From: a virus
Length of the DNA: 34,753 nt
Virus record (IMG/VR): IMGVR_UViG_3300007988_000043
Direction: 5' to 3' (one strand)
Shown: positions 34,477-34,753 of the stretch, piece by piece
Layout of the letters: each line of letters starts with the position of its first letter
Numbering within the stretch: position 1 is the stretch's first letter
Program-made: the position numbers and the translations under genes
The notes under the pieces: generated by a model
Seen by the model: the letters and a program-made list of their open reading frames with translations, nothing else
What the model was told of the DNA's origin: nothing
The model's database searches: none

Positions 34477-34753
34477 TGAACCAGGCATTGAAACGTGTGG
34501 GTTTTCAAAATTCATCGAGCGGGAGCCGGAGCGGGAGCCGGAGCCGGAGCGGGAGCGGGAGCCGGAGCGGGAGCCGGAGCTGGAGCCGGAGCGGGAGCTG
34601 GAGCTGGAGCTGGAGCTGGAGCCGGAGCTGGAGCAGGAGCGGGAGCAAATGAACCAGGCATTGAAACGTGTGGGTTTTCAAAATTCATCGAGCGGGAGCC
34701 GGAGCGGGAGCCGGAGCCGGAGCGGGAGCGGGAGCCGGAGCGGGAGCCGGAGC
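34476..34753. repeat. tandem 173-bp modules (unit 1 = 34476..34648; unit 2 = 34649 to the window end), each a 42-nt leader plus an AGCNGG hexamer array
   Basis: Read directly. The leader ATGAACCAGGCATTGAAACGTGTGGGTTTTCAAAATTCATCG occurs at 34476 and 34649. There are 21 hexamers at 34518..34643 and 10.5 hexamers at 34691..34753. Confidence 0.95.

Noticed and set aside
34518-34753. Hexamer arrays considered as a CRISPR array
   Set aside because: The period is 6 nt with no spacers, and no cas genes are present. This is a microsatellite-type repeat.
1-34753. Calling the phage temperate on the basis of the Cro-like gene and the tRNA fragment
   Set aside because: No integrase, excisionase, CI-type repressor or partition system is recognisable, so the lifestyle is left open.

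Overview
The window reads as one complete, circularly permuted genome of about 34.7 kb; the last 39 nt repeat the first 39 nt. It looks like a short-tailed dsDNA phage of a Gram-negative host. Minus strand (29842 down to 6433): Cro-like regulator, replication initiator, small SSB ending in DDIPF, VRR-NUC-like nuclease, an HTH protein, small and large terminase, portal, scaffold, P22-type major capsid protein, adaptor and tail-hub proteins, three ejection-type proteins, three tail-fibre genes, a Sec-signal protein, holin and overlapped i-/o-spanins. Plus strand (30092 to the window end, continuing at 1 to 6394): small early ORFs, a Sak4/AAA_24-type ATPase, a PD-(D/E)XK nuclease, a 295-nt non-coding region with strong secondary-structure potential, a GC-rich hexanucleotide repeat module, a GH24 endolysin, an Rnl2-type RNA ligase and RtcB. 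I see no tape measure, sheath, integrase, CI-type repressor, DNA polymerase or CRISPR array. Four things stand out. (i) Two tandem 173-bp modules each carry (GGAGCN)21; the only variable base is a four-fold-degenerate wobble position, and the modules feed in frame into a small ORF ending in a CaaX-type box. (ii) Two RNA ligases of different chemistry sit beside a truncated YopX gene fused to the 3' half of a tRNA(CAU). (iii) Two genes are each broken by a single in-frame TAA. (iv) One non-coding region combines an inverted repeat with iteron-like repeats. All functional calls rest on motifs read by eye; no searches were run.
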